DNA of 64,000 nucleotides from Rebecca billardiae RCC1528 (GCA_965240325.2 OZ251223.1:2108001-2172000), one strand, 5' to 3'; positions 32,367 to 43,106 are shown, numbered from the stretch's first letter. Numbers and translations are program-made. Notes: generated from the letters alone by a model not told the origin.

Positions 32367-33384
32367 CGCACGCACCAGTCGTGGGCGCAGAAGCCGGCGA
32401 CAGGGCGACACTCGACCAGGTCTGTTCATCCCGCCTATCCTCTAAGCACCTGCGGCACCACCTCTATCCAGTGGCGATCTGGGATGTCCCAGCCCTCGTG
32501 CATCCACTCATGTCCACACGTGAAGCGCATCAGTCATCACATGAGAGTTTGAGAAACTGGCAGAGTCTCAGCACCTGCGCACGATGAAACAGGGCCAGGT
32601 GCCACACTTCCCGTCGAAGCGCGTGAAGAGGGACACTGTGGCACGCGATTCAGCCCAGTCAGTGACTGCCCACCCACGCTCCAGAGCCGCGCGGGCGCCG
32701 GTGAGGCCGCGTGAGCAGTCGCCCGAGTCGGTCTGTCGCCTGTCGGACCGGGCCCGGGGCGAGTGGTATCTTACTGTATGTATCTTAGCTACTACAGTAA
32801 GACTACCAGTCCTGAAGATGAATATGTTCAGTGTAGCAGCAGTGATAAAATCGACTACATCATGGGGTGGCGCCAGCCGCACCGTTGGTGAACGTTGGCA
32901 GAGGAAGTCCCCGGGTGAAGCAGTGAAGCCTCGCACTCGAAAGGCGGTCGGTGATGGTCACTCCGAGCGCAGTGGCACTGAGCGGTGACACAAGCGCGTC
33001 CGCGGACGAGTCACGAGAGATTGAGGATCAGGATCATGATGTGACTGCGCGTCGTCGCGGACCGTCAGCGTTTCGGATTTGCGCTTCGCGGCCCGGGGGC
33101 GCATTCTACGGCCAGGCGCCCGAGGCCCGGGGCAAAAGGGTTGGGGAGGGCCGGGATACCTGCGTCGGCATGGGTGCACCCACATTGCACAGGACAAGCC
33201 CGCAGCATGATGTGTTGACTCTTCAATCCTCTTGGAAAGTGAAGCGCAGCGATCGATGCCAGGGATCCAGCAGCCAATGGAGCGGTCGGGAGTGTGAGGG
33301 TGTTCCCAACTGTTGCCGCCGTGAAAGAGCACGTGGAGGACTACCGCGTTCCAGCCAGCTGCCGGGGGCTCGGGTGCGTCCGGA

Positions 33385-34215
33385 CTAGGCACCGGGGGCG
33401 GGCAGTGGGGTGAGCTGGTCGAGTGCAAGTCCATTGCCATGCTGCTCCACGCTGCGCCTCATCTCTGTGATGGGCAAGCGCGGGTCCTGCCCAGGCTTAA
33501 AGACCGACGAGCCAGCAACGATCATGTTGGCGCCAGCCTTGGCGGCCTCGTCGATCGTCTTGGGGCTCAACCCGCCGTCCACCTGGATGTCGAGGTCCGG
33601 GTACTTCGTGCGCAGCCAGAGCACCTTGGGCATCATGTCCTGCATGAATGACTGCCCGCCAAAGCCAGGCTCGACCGTCATGATCAGCACCATGTCCACG
33701 AGCTTGATGTACGGCTCGAGCGACTCGACGGGGGTCCCGGGCTTGATCGAGATGCCCACTTTCATCCCCTTCGCCGCGATGGCCTTGCACATCGCCTCGA
33801 CGCCGAGCTCGTCTGTCTCGATGGCCTCGAGGTGGAAGGTGTACTGGTGGCCACCCGCCTTGGCAATGTCGTCGATCCACTGTGATGGCTTTGAGACCAT
33901 CAGGTGGCAGTCGAGGAATGCATCTGTATGCTTACGCAGAGACGCGACGACTGGCGCGCCCCACGTCAGGTTGGGCACGAAGTGTCCATCCTGCAGGAAG
34001 CGCACCGGGCCACGGGAGCACGCGCCGCTGAACAAAGGCGTGCTCGCAGCGGGGCATTTGGGCGCGGCGCGGGCGCACACCATGATGTCGAGGTGGAGGT
34101 AGTCTGCACCCGCATCGATGACACGCTTGGACTCGTTGGCGAGGTCGGCCAGGTCGCTAGCTAGTAGCGACGGGCCGATTTTCGCCGGCCGCTTGTGAGG
34201 CGCGCACGTAGCCAT
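33385..34215 (-). CDS. RPE: Ribulose-phosphate 3-epimerase (cytosolic type). Exons 34215-34081, 33990-33385
   Basis: IGPSLLASD, LHLDIM|DGHFVPNLTWG, DCHLMV, MTVEPGFGGQSF, IQVDGGL, AGANMIVAGS. A 90-nt in-frame GT..AG intron (33991-34080) interrupts HLDIMDGHFVPN. Confidence 0.96.
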   Translation of the reverse strand: MATCAPHKRPAKIGPSLLASDLADLANESKRVIDAGADYLHLDIMVCARAAPKCPAASTPLFSGACSRGPVRFLQDGHFVPNLTWGAPVVASLRKHTDAFLDCHLMVSKPSQWIDDIAKAGGHQYTFHLEAIETDELGVEAMCKAIAAKGMKVGISIKPGTPVESLEPYIKLVDMVLIMTVEPGFGGQSFMQDMMPKVLWLRTKYPDLDIQVDGGLSPKTIDEAAKAGANMIVAGSSVFKPGQDPRLPITEMRRSVEQHGNGLALDQLTPLPAPGA

Positions 34216-35774
34216 CGTGATTTCGAGCAGCGACCGACGGCTGCGACGGCCTTCGGCGCTTCGTCAGTCCACGTTCCCGAATCGTCACTCGTTACTAGTA
34301 CTACTACATACAGTAGCGCGAGATGGATGAAGCCAACAACTGTTCACGCCGTCCACCTGCGAGGCCTGCTGAGGGCCGCGGCCGCCTCTCGGCGCGCCAG
34401 CGCCCGTCGTCCTTGCACCACCGTCGTCAACAAAACGTCGTCGTCCGAACGCTCCGACTGGGCGCCGATGCGACACAGCGCGCCGACAGGATGATATCGC
34501 CTATTTACTGGCTATTATCGGGACGGAGCCCCACTGACCCACTGTTAGCTAATACTGTAGCTGAGTTAGGAGTATTCCGCGGTACGCTGTTGGCCGGTTG
34601 GGCCTTGGCCTTGGGTTAGGCAAGCGGAACGAGTACGGACAGTACGGTAGTCAGTAGCTTACCGCACCAGCGGCTCCCGCCGAGTCCTGGCACGCACAGT
34701 CTAGCCAGGGGGAGGACCCGGAGCATCAAAGTCGGCGGAGCCCTTGACAGTGCGGACTCAGATGGCGATGCGATGGTGCCGGTGGGCAACGGCGGTCTGT
34801 TATAATGACCACCGCCGCCGCGTTGCCAGTGCAAGTGACTACAGACAGACTCTGGCACTCTGCAGGAGGTTCGGACTTCGCCTTCCCGTTCGGCCAGGCT
34901 GCGGCACCGCTGGCCGCTGGGTTCGGGCGGTTGGCCGGATCATGCACGCGCCACTGGCCACGGATCGTCCTAGACCGATTCAAATATATCAATAAGGATT
35001 CAATATATCATCGGATTCCGATGATACGATGATGACGACGATCTGCGTAGAGTCTGTCAGACTGGGCACCAGTCCTCGGTGACTACAGTCTATGATACAC
35101 CGTTCCACACGAGTCGCGGTGAAGTTTACGCACTCTGACCCGCACGTACCGACGTAAGCTACCGTAGTTAACCGGCGGAGGCACGATCTCGCACAATCTC
35201 GGCCAGTCCGGCTAGCGGCCCCAAATCAGCATGGGTTTGGTTGGGGCTGTCTACGCCCTTCATCATCCGTCATGTGACATCCGTCCGCTCCCCGCCTCCT
35301 AGTCCGGGGCGGTCCTTAGCCCCGCCTGGTCGCTTCCGCGGTGGATTCCTATCGCCCGGGACACGGCCACGCGCGCGGCGCGGTACTGTAGTAGCTACCG
35401 ACGGAATAAGCTACTACCGAGCTACGGGGAGCACCCACGGGTACGCAGCTTCTTCTTATTCATTCTAACCGCTTGTCAACCGAGCTCTGAGTCTGAGTCA
35501 TAAGTAACTACTAAGGCTGCTGCTAAGGGCGCCCACCGCCAAAAGTCCAACCAGGAACTTGGCGCGCGACGCGCCGACGATGGCCGGACGGCCCGACGGT
35601 CGACGGCGGAACGGGTCAGGCTGCGTGGCGTGGGAAGTGGGATGGTCTGGGTCCCGGAGGACCATCGGCACATTGGCATGAGCGGCACAGTGCAGTGAGC
35701 AGCACACAGCCGAGACAGCGGCGCTCAGTGCAGCATGCCAGAGAAGCCTTGGGCTGCGGGTACGCCGTGCGCCA

Positions 35775-37028
35775 TCACTCGCTCGCCGCGACGCCGCCAT
35801 GGCGCTCGGATTCCGCCTTAAGCTCGGTCAGATACTTGATCGCCGCGTTGCGCGCGCCGTTGTCCTCGGGCCGGTCGAATTCGACCATCGAGTCGGCGAT
35901 GGGCAGCGCGCGGTGCGCGTACGTCGCGGCGATGTCCCACTGCTTCGCCTTCTTGAGCGCGGCGCCGCCGTCCACCAACGCCTTCTTTGCCGCCTGCGCC
36001 GCGCTCGCGCAGCGCTTGTAGCCGAAGTGGTCAGTGCTCGAGCCGTACCGCGAGCGAGGGAGCGACGAGCCGATCTTGCGCACGAGGCGCTCGCACTCCT
36101 TGAGCGTGGGGCCGAGGTCTGCGGTGGGGAGGTGCGCCTCGACCGCGGAGGCGGTGAGCGAGCCCTCGTCCACAAGGCCTGTCACCAGCTCGATCAGCTG
36201 CGCCTTGTCCAGCACGCTGAGCCGCGGCGCGAGCGCCTTGGACACCGCGCTCGGCGGCGGCTTGAGCCGCTTGGCCACTGCAGACGAGCGCGCGTTCTCG
36301 AGCGCCTTGCGGTAGCACGCGAGGCGCACGGCCTTGGTGTGGAGGTCGTAATCGTACACGCACACCTGCAGCGGCCGGTCCGAGTAATCGCGGCGCGTGC
36401 GCTTGCCGGCCATGATCGCCCGCAGCCCGACCAGCAGGTCGGCCACCATGGCGGACTTGGTGCCCGCCTTGAGCCTGTTGAACATATAGCTGCCGCGCGG
36501 GGTGAGCTCGGAGATGACCGTCTTCAGCGCGTCGACGCCGAGCGACTCGAGAATCGGGCGCACATTGGCCTCGGTCAGCTCCGCGGGAAGCCCCTCCTCG
36601 AGCGCGCTCGCCTCTCGCGCGCGCTTCTGCGTGCGGGCGCCGCTCTGCGCCGCAGCAGCCTCTGGCTTCGCGCGCGCGGCGGGCGTAGCCAGCGCCTTGT
36701 CGCCGGGCGGCGCGTACTCGCTGCCATCGTCCCCGTCGTCCTCGCCATCGCCGTCCTCGTTCTCCTCGTCGTCGTCCTCCTCCTCCTCGCCCGCCGGTGC
36801 GGCGGCCACCACCTCCTTGGCCGCGCCCTTCGCGGCGGCGCTCTTCTGGCCCGCTTTGAAGTCACGGATGAGGTCGGTGGAGACGTTGCTCGCGGGCTCC
36901 CAGGTGTTCTGCTCCTCGTCGTACCCCTTCCACTTGATGAGGTACTGCGTACCCTTCGCCGTCCTCCGCGAGTCGAGCACCGCCTCGACCTCATATGTGA
37001 TGTCGTCGTCCCCGCTGTCGTCGGTCAT
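35775..37028 (-). CDS. Chromodomain + acidic linker + Cut8/Sts1-like (nuclear proteasome tether) domain protein
   Basis: Chromodomain YEVEAVLDSR..YLIKWKGYDEEQNTWEPASNV with its aromatic cage intact. The C-terminal LIELV..HLPTADL..SLPRSRYGSSTDHFGYKR..KKALVDGG..QW..Y..FDRPEDN..R resembles the Cut8 family pattern. Confidence 0.78.
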   Translation of the reverse strand: MTDDSGDDDITYEVEAVLDSRRTAKGTQYLIKWKGYDEEQNTWEPASNVSTDLIRDFKAGQKSAAAKGAAKEVVAAAPAGEEEEDDDEENEDGDGEDDGDDGSEYAPPGDKALATPAARAKPEAAAAQSGARTQKRAREASALEEGLPAELTEANVRPILESLGVDALKTVISELTPRGSYMFNRLKAGTKSAMVADLLVGLRAIMAGKRTRRDYSDRPLQVCVYDYDLHTKAVRLACYRKALENARSSAVAKRLKPPPSAVSKALAPRLSVLDKAQLIELVTGLVDEGSLTASAVEAHLPTADLGPTLKECERLVRKIGSSLPRSRYGSSTDHFGYKRCASAAQAAKKALVDGGAALKKAKQWDIAATYAHRALPIADSMVEFDRPEDNGARNAAIKYLTELKAESERHGGVAASE

Positions 37029-37256
37029 GGTTGCGAGTCGTCCGTTGACCCGAGCTCCCGCTCGCCCGCTCGCGAGCCGCCGAGTCCCGCAGGTTGAGTG
37101 CCGGCGAATTTGGCCGGTGGCTGCTTCGCTGGGAGTCCGGGGGGGCCGCTGCCTGACGAACCCGGGCGTCGGTTGCCGGTGCTTGTGTCGCTTTGGCGCC
37201 AATAATCTGAATAATCCTTGCGCACCACCGGGCGCAAACGCTCGCTCAGTGGAACG

Positions 37257-39749
37257 ATGCAGGCCACGCCACGACGGCCGATGACGGGCGCATCACCGGA
37301 GCAAACGCTCGGCCGCGATCTCTCCACGGGGGCGATGACGGGCGAGAGCGCGGCCGTCGTCATCCAACGGCATTACCGCGACGTCCGGGCTCGCCAGAGC
37401 CCCGAGTCGGCGGGCCCCGCCGCGATTGCCCGCATTCTGGCCTTGCACTTGAGCACCGCGCTCACACGCGCGCTGAGTGAGCTGATGCTCTTGCCCTTCT
37501 CGCTGGCCTCGCAGGCCGTCGTGCGCGCCAAGTTCAACCATCTGCTCGACGTCATCGTGCGCGATTACGATCGCAAGCGCGCTCTCAAGGTGGCGTCCAA
37601 CGGCATCCGAATCAGTGGGCGTGACGGTCTGCACCTCGACAACGACGCAGTCGCTGCGCTGCAAGGCGGCGCTACGGCCTACACGGACGTCTGGGTCTCG
37701 CAGGTTGATATCAAGGTGCCTGTGCTGCTGGGCCGCCCGATCGAGATCGAGGTGCGCGCGCTGACATTCTCCTGGACATCTGAGCCGCACGTGCTGAGCA
37801 GCTCCCGCCTCGCAAGCCTTCAGCGGGTCCTCGGCACCGCCGGCCGCGAGAAGAGCTTCGGCCCGAGCGCCGAGGCGGACGCGGGGGCTGCGCCTGCGCA
37901 GGCTGGCGCCGGCGAGGGGCAGCCCGCCATCGGCCCTGGGGAGAGATCTCCGTCATTGCACGCGCGAGCGCGAGAAGCTGCGGAAGGCGGGGTGGCCAAC
38001 GCCGGGTACACTCAGCGACAGCGGGCGTTGGATGGCGTCGTCATCCGCATCGGCCGCATGCGTGTCGACATGCCCGCGCTGACGCTGCCTGGTGACACGA
38101 GCGGATCAAGCCACGTCGCCTCGAGCGGCGCTGCGGGATGGTCTCCGTGGTTCGGAGCTCACGAGAGTGCGCAGGGTGTGGGCTGCGCTCGCTCCGCTGC
38201 TCTCGGGGCTTTGGGCGCAGGCGCTGCCCGGGCGATGATGGCGCCTGTCCAGCGCGGCGACGACGACTCCAGCGCGAGCGTCATCAGCTGTGGTGGGCGC
38301 GTCGCGTGCGCGGTCCGCTGGCCGCGCGCGTGGCGCCGCGACTCGCGCGGTGAACATGCTGCGCAATCTCTCGAGACGATCTCGCCTGCCGCCGTGCCGC
38401 CCGAGCTGCGCATGGCGCCGCCAGCGAGCACGACGCTCACGTTCAGGCACGTGGAGCTCGGCAACGCCACACCTGCGTTCGCACCGAGCGATCGACTGGT
38501 CGTGGTCAAGGCAGCGAAGCGGCCCGCCGCCGAGCCGTCGGCCGCGGAGCGATGGCTGGCTGAAGGGGTGGCAGGCGTCGCGCGGCACACGGACGCGTGG
38601 ATCGGCGGCCTCTCGTCCGGGTGGCGCGACCTGCTGGAGTGGGCGAGGAGCCGCGCTGCTGTCGCGCGCACCGGGCGAGAGGAGATTGCGCGGGACGCAA
38701 CCCCGAGCCCGGCCGCCTCCGAGCACTCCGGGCGGCAACGGCGCGCGCCCACACGCCGCCGCGCAAGCAGCGACAGCGAGGGGGCAGAGGCGCACGTGCA
38801 CGTCTTCAAGCGGCTCACGGCGCGCGCGTGCTCCGCGGATGCGACCATCGCCAACGGCGTGCGCGTTCCGCTGCTCCAGCCGCACGCGTGCGCACTGCAC
38901 GTTCGTCTGACACGAGGCCTGCGCACCGGCCGGCTCGCGGCACTCGACGTGGAAGCGATTGGGCCCGAAGCGCCGCTGGCGCTCCTCGTGGACGCGTCTC
39001 AGGGCACGCGCGGCACGCTCTGCTGGCGGACCGCCGCAGATCCCATCAACGCGCCTGGGAGTGCCCATATCGGCGCGGGACGCAGCTCGATCATCGGCGA
39101 CGCGCTCGCAAGCACGAGCACCGCAGGAAGCGGGGCGGCCGCCGACCGAGCGCGCGACGAGTGGTGGCAGCAGGCCGAGCTGGCTGCTGCGCTCGCAGAT
39201 TCCTTCGACGCCGACGACGCCCGCATCCGCACCGCTCTCGACGCGCGGCCGACAGAGGATGCGCTGCGTGGCTCGCGCGCGCGCTCCGGGGGTAAGCCCT
39301 GGCGCGCGCTCGTGCCTGCTGCGAGCGGGGTCACGGATGCCTACGCCAGTCCCGCGGGCGCGGGCAAGGCCGGCATGCTTGCGCTGAGCCGTGCGCCGTC
39401 CGCTGATTCCATCGAGTCGCCCCCGCCCACCTCCTCCTCTACCTCGTCCGAATCGACGGCGTCCTCCGCGGCCGACTCGCCATCGAGCGCGCCCGAGACC
39501 ATTGGGGAGGTGCTCTGGCGGCATCCCGACGCAGCACGGCGGGTGCATCTGAGCCACGCTGATTTGCGCGCGCTGCTCCAAACGCACGGCGTGCCGCTTG
39601 AAGAGCGCGAGATGCGCGTGCTGGCGGCCCGCCTCGATCCCGCGTGCACAGGCCGTATCGCGTTGCGCGACTTCCTGCGTGCATTCGTGCCCGAAGAGAC
39701 CTGGCGAAGTGAGCACGCGCGAGCCAGAACGTGCGTGCCGCACTCGTGA
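37257..39749 (+). CDS. Short BLTP3/UHRF1BP1-like (chorein-N/RBG) lipid-transfer protein with N-terminal IQ motif and C-terminal EF-hand-like region
   Basis: IQ-like AAVVIQRHYRDVRARQ. Chorein-N-like GLHLDND..VSQVDIKVPVLLGRPIEIEV. BLTP3-like blocks YTQRQRALDGVVIRIG, LTFRHVELGNATPAF, VHVFKRLT, LHVRLTRGLRTGRL. EF-hand-like LAARLDPACTGRIALRDFLRAF. Confidence 0.6.
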   Translation: MQATPRRPMTGASPEQTLGRDLSTGAMTGESAAVVIQRHYRDVRARQSPESAGPAAIARILALHLSTALTRALSELMLLPFSLASQAVVRAKFNHLLDVIVRDYDRKRALKVASNGIRISGRDGLHLDNDAVAALQGGATAYTDVWVSQVDIKVPVLLGRPIEIEVRALTFSWTSEPHVLSSSRLASLQRVLGTAGREKSFGPSAEADAGAAPAQAGAGEGQPAIGPGERSPSLHARAREAAEGGVANAGYTQRQRALDGVVIRIGRMRVDMPALTLPGDTSGSSHVASSGAAGWSPWFGAHESAQGVGCARSAALGALGAGAARAMMAPVQRGDDDSSASVISCGGRVACAVRWPRAWRRDSRGEHAAQSLETISPAAVPPELRMAPPASTTLTFRHVELGNATPAFAPSDRLVVVKAAKRPAAEPSAAERWLAEGVAGVARHTDAWIGGLSSGWRDLLEWARSRAAVARTGREEIARDATPSPAASEHSGRQRRAPTRRRASSDSEGAEAHVHVFKRLTARACSADATIANGVRVPLLQPHACALHVRLTRGLRTGRLAALDVEAIGPEAPLALLVDASQGTRGTLCWRTAADPINAPGSAHIGAGRSSIIGDALASTSTAGSGAAADRARDEWWQQAELAAALADSFDADDARIRTALDARPTEDALRGSRARSGGKPWRALVPAASGVTDAYASPAGAGKAGMLALSRAPSADSIESPPPTSSSTSSESTASSAADSPSSAPETIGEVLWRHPDAARRVHLSHADLRALLQTHGVPLEEREMRVLAARLDPACTGRIALRDFLRAFVPEETWRSEHARARTCVPHS

Positions 39750-39833
39750 TGATGACATGTGAGGCTTGCTTGCCGCCGCCCGGTGCCGGTGGCATCCATG
39801 CTGACCGCACTCGCCGTGAGCGCATGGAGCCAG

Positions 39834-40688
39834 ATGCAGGCCTTGATCGCCGCGTACGCGGATGAGGACTCTGATCACAGTGGCGAGGAGGCGGGCGCCC
39901 CAGCTGAGGCGTTAGAACCTCCCGACCCTAGTCGAGGCGTGAAGCGGCCCCTTGCTTCCGTGCTGCCCGATGCGGAGGAGTTGCTCGCAGACCGGCCGAC
40001 GCCAGACCCTCACCACGGCCGGGTGCGCCAGTTCCCCCACGTGGTCGGTGAGTTCAACTCGCTCGTGTATGTCCCAGCACCGCCGAGTGAGGTGCTTCGG
40101 CGCTGTGTGGAGGAGGTGATCGCGCAGCTTCAGCGTGACGAGCGAGCTTCGCCGATGCACCCTCTCCCTCTCAGCGAGCTGCACATGAGTGTGTCGCAGA
40201 GCTTTACACTGCTGCACTCACAGATACTTCCCTTTACCGATGCCCTGCAAAAGGCGCTGCGTGGCTGCCCGGCCTTCACTCTGCGTACAGCCGGCGTCGC
40301 TGCATTGCACAACGACACGCGGACCTGCCACTTTGCCGCCCTGGTGCTCCAGCCCGTCACTGCGGAGGATGCCAACAGGGCAAGCCGCTTGCTGGCCGCG
40401 GTCAACCACGTGATGGACACCTTCGGCAAGCCGCGCTTCTACGAGCCGCCTATCCTGCACCTTTCGATTGCATGGTCGCTCGAGCCCTTGCTACGCGACC
40501 AGCCGCAAATCAAGCTTGCCGGCGTCGAAACGGCCAGCCAGGGCAGCGCCGTGCCTGTCATCAATGGCGTCGGCGACGTGCGCTGGAACGCCTCTTGTGT
40601 CGAGGCCAAAATGGGCACCACCAAGGTGCATCGCATCGCTCTCGCCAGTTCCGAGGTGCCACTACTCCGCGCTGCTGTCATCGCCTAG
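39834..40688 (+). CDS. USB1: U6 snRNA phosphodiesterase USB1/Mpn1 (2H phosphodiesterase)
   Basis: ALIAAYADEDSD start, HHGRVRQFPHVVGEF..VY, and two HxS motifs (LHMSVSQ; FYEPPILHLSIAW). Confidence 0.93.
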   Translation: MQALIAAYADEDSDHSGEEAGAPAEALEPPDPSRGVKRPLASVLPDAEELLADRPTPDPHHGRVRQFPHVVGEFNSLVYVPAPPSEVLRRCVEEVIAQLQRDERASPMHPLPLSELHMSVSQSFTLLHSQILPFTDALQKALRGCPAFTLRTAGVAALHNDTRTCHFAALVLQPVTAEDANRASRLLAAVNHVMDTFGKPRFYEPPILHLSIAWSLEPLLRDQPQIKLAGVETASQGSAVPVINGVGDVRWNASCVEAKMGTTKVHRIALASSEVPLLRAAVIA

Positions 40689-40918
40689 CTGCCAGTCCTG
40701 CTGCTTAGAACGCGCGACTACTATACACGCAGTAGCATCATTGCTGCCTGCTCAATCTGCGTCGGATGCCGATGGCCGCCAGTCGCCACTGGCACTGGGC
40801 CGCGCGACCTGTTATTCACGACGAGATGATTATTTTCATCTGCTGACTGTGATGCGACTCACAATAATTGATCTGGCTGACGACCACTGAGACTATGAGA
40901 AACTCTGCTGCGACAGGT

Positions 40919-41917
40919 TCATCCCCATGGTCCTCGGCGAGGCCTGGCCGAGAGAGGCGGTGGCGCCGGTGCTGCGCCATACCCCGTACCTCCCCATGGC
41001 GTCGTGATAGGCGGCTCGATGGTGATGTTGTGGTCAAGCGGGTGGCGCGAAGCGTCACCATTCTTCCACGCGTCGAAGCACTGCGCGCACAGGTCGACCG
41101 TGTCGCAAGTCGTGCAGTGGTACCGGTACTCGCCCTGCGCGTTCCACTCATGGCCTCCGCCCCACCCGTCCGTGGGCTGCTGCCCGCGCCGTCGGCGTAC
41201 GCGCACGTCGTTGTCGATTCCGCGGCGGCAGCTGGCGCACGTGTGCGAGGTCAGCCGCTCGTCGCCTGCGCCAGATGCGGACCCCGCTCCGTGGCCGCCC
41301 TGCCCGCTCCCCGGGGCATAGATCCCCTCGAGCCCCTTGAGGGAGCGCTCGAGGCGGCGCACGTGCTCAAGAGCTTCCTGGTTCAGCGCACCCTGCACGG
41401 TGAGGACGTCGCCGCCGTTGGCGGGCGCGAAGCCCGCGGCGAGAAGGACGTCCTCAACGTGTGGGATTTGGAGCAGCCGGGAGATGGTCTGGTTCGAGCG
41501 GCGCACTGTCCGAACAGCAGGGTCATTGGGGCGCGACTCGATATTGCCCAGGAGCTTGAGCAGACAACGGGAGGCAAACATAGCCGACTCGCGCGTCGCA
41601 GAGGCCCCGAGCGAGAAGGCAGCGCGATAAGCAGCGGTCGTCCCCGTGGGCGGAGTCGAGCCGACGATGACGAGCTGCAGCGGGTCAGCAGTCACGTAGT
41701 GCGTGGCCAACAGCTCACCGCTTGGCATTCCCCGCACGTGCCATCGGTGCCCCCAGTAGGTCGCCTGCTGGACCGCAGAACCCTGGGCCACCTCCGCATA
41801 GAACTTCTCCCCCTTCTCGCCGTCCACGAAGAGCAGGTGCGCGGTCGTGTCAACGAAGTGATTGACCGCAAGGTGGACCTCAAGTGTGGCAGCCGTGGGT
41901 GCCACTGCATCAGCCAT
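40919..41917 (-). CDS. VHL-beta-like + PUB + ZZ-type zinc finger protein
   Basis: VHL-like VNH..AHLLFVDGEKGEKFYAEV..G....QATYWGHRWHVR. PUB LLKLLGNIESRPNDPAVRTVRRSN..LLAAGF. ZZ CASC..YRYHCTTCDTVDLCAQCF..H..DH. Confidence 0.75.
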   Translation of the reverse strand: MADAVAPTAATLEVHLAVNHFVDTTAHLLFVDGEKGEKFYAEVAQGSAVQQATYWGHRWHVRGMPSGELLATHYVTADPLQLVIVGSTPPTGTTAAYRAAFSLGASATRESAMFASRCLLKLLGNIESRPNDPAVRTVRRSNQTISRLLQIPHVEDVLLAAGFAPANGGDVLTVQGALNQEALEHVRRLERSLKGLEGIYAPGSGQGGHGAGSASGAGDERLTSHTCASCRRGIDNDVRVRRRRGQQPTDGWGGGHEWNAQGEYRYHCTTCDTVDLCAQCFDAWKNGDASRHPLDHNITIEPPITTPWGGTGYGAAPAPPPLSARPRRGPWG

Positions 41918-42135
41918 CTCTTCGGAGCGCTTGCGTTGACCAAGGCCGTCCGGGCCGGGCTCCCGGGCTGGGGGAGCTTGCCCGGACCTCCCTTGCCGCA
42001 CGCACGCACGCGTTCGTGAGCAACAGCGCGCCGCCGCCGCCGGTGGAAGGCGGGAAACATAGGGCGGGAAGTTGGCCGCGGGACGAGCGACACGCGATGA
42101 CGCCACGCGCCGTGGATGTGCGACTCGTACCAGCG

Positions 42136-43106
42136 ATGGACGCAGACGGACAAGTCTCGCAGAAGGTGGTCGTGCAGGTGCGCGTGCTGGGCGGCGCCGC
42201 CGGATGCGCTGGGGCTCGCCCGGGCCCGCGTGCAGAAGCGCATGCAGACTCGACAGAGTGCGTGTGCGACGCGGCAGCCAGCTGTGACGATGATGAGGTC
42301 GAGAAGCCGGATGCTCCGGAAAGCGAGACCGACTGTGGATCAAGCTCGAGCTCGCCAAGCCTCAACGCGCGCGACTGCGACGAGGTGCTCGGCCAAGTCG
42401 CGCACAGCATGAGCCATCTGCTCGAGGACTTGGAGGCTCTCGGTCGCGAGATGGACGAAGTTGAGCGGGCCGGTGCGGCGCCGCGCGCCGTGCGTGCCGC
42501 AACTGCCACGAAGTTGCTTGGCACACCCGCCTCGCTGACCGCGTCGTCTTGCCCTCGCATGCCATCGCGGAGCAGGCCACGACAATCGCAGCTCGGTCTC
42601 GGAGGATGAGCCCACAGATCCCTGGAATGCCAGTGCAAGCCTCACTTCTATGATGGACGAGATCATCGCGGAGGAGAACGAGAAGGTTCGACAGCAGGAG
42701 CGAGCATGCGCTGATGTGCATGACGGTACGCCGCCCGCGCGTGCGGTCGGAGCGTTTCGATGCGCTCTCAAAGCTAAGGCGCTCACGCCCACCCATGCTC
42801 CACCCTCCTGTTGCTCTGCCACTGCCAGGTCTCCTGCGAGCAGAGCTAAGGAACGCAGAGGAAGGCATCGGGCGGTACACCGAATACTTTGCGTGCCTAA
42901 AAGCAGCGTTGGGGCTCACGGCAAGCACGATGGACTCACCCCATGCCGGTGAAGACGTTGGCGTTCGCGCACCATCGCATCAGTCGGGTGTGCTGGATGC
43001 AAGGTTTACTCCGAGGTTGCAGATCATGGCCTGGCAGGCAGTCGTAATCGCGCTCTCGTTTGTGCTTGGCCGGCTGCTCGTGGCCCAAGCTGCGGCGAGT
43101 ACCTAA
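42136..43106 (+). CDS. Hypothetical tail-anchored coiled-coil protein. Exons 42136-42472, 42576-42725, 42829-43106
   Basis: Two GT-AG introns with CTGAC/CTCAC branch-like sites join three frames. Helical acidic segments and a C-terminal TM (IMAWQAVVIALSFVLGRLLVA). The start is uncertain. Confidence 0.5.

Noticed and set aside
35775-37202. Chromovirus integrase or HP1 call, and the extended non-ATG start
   Set aside because: No integrase/RT or chromoshadow motifs. The ATG at 37028 directly precedes the chromodomain.
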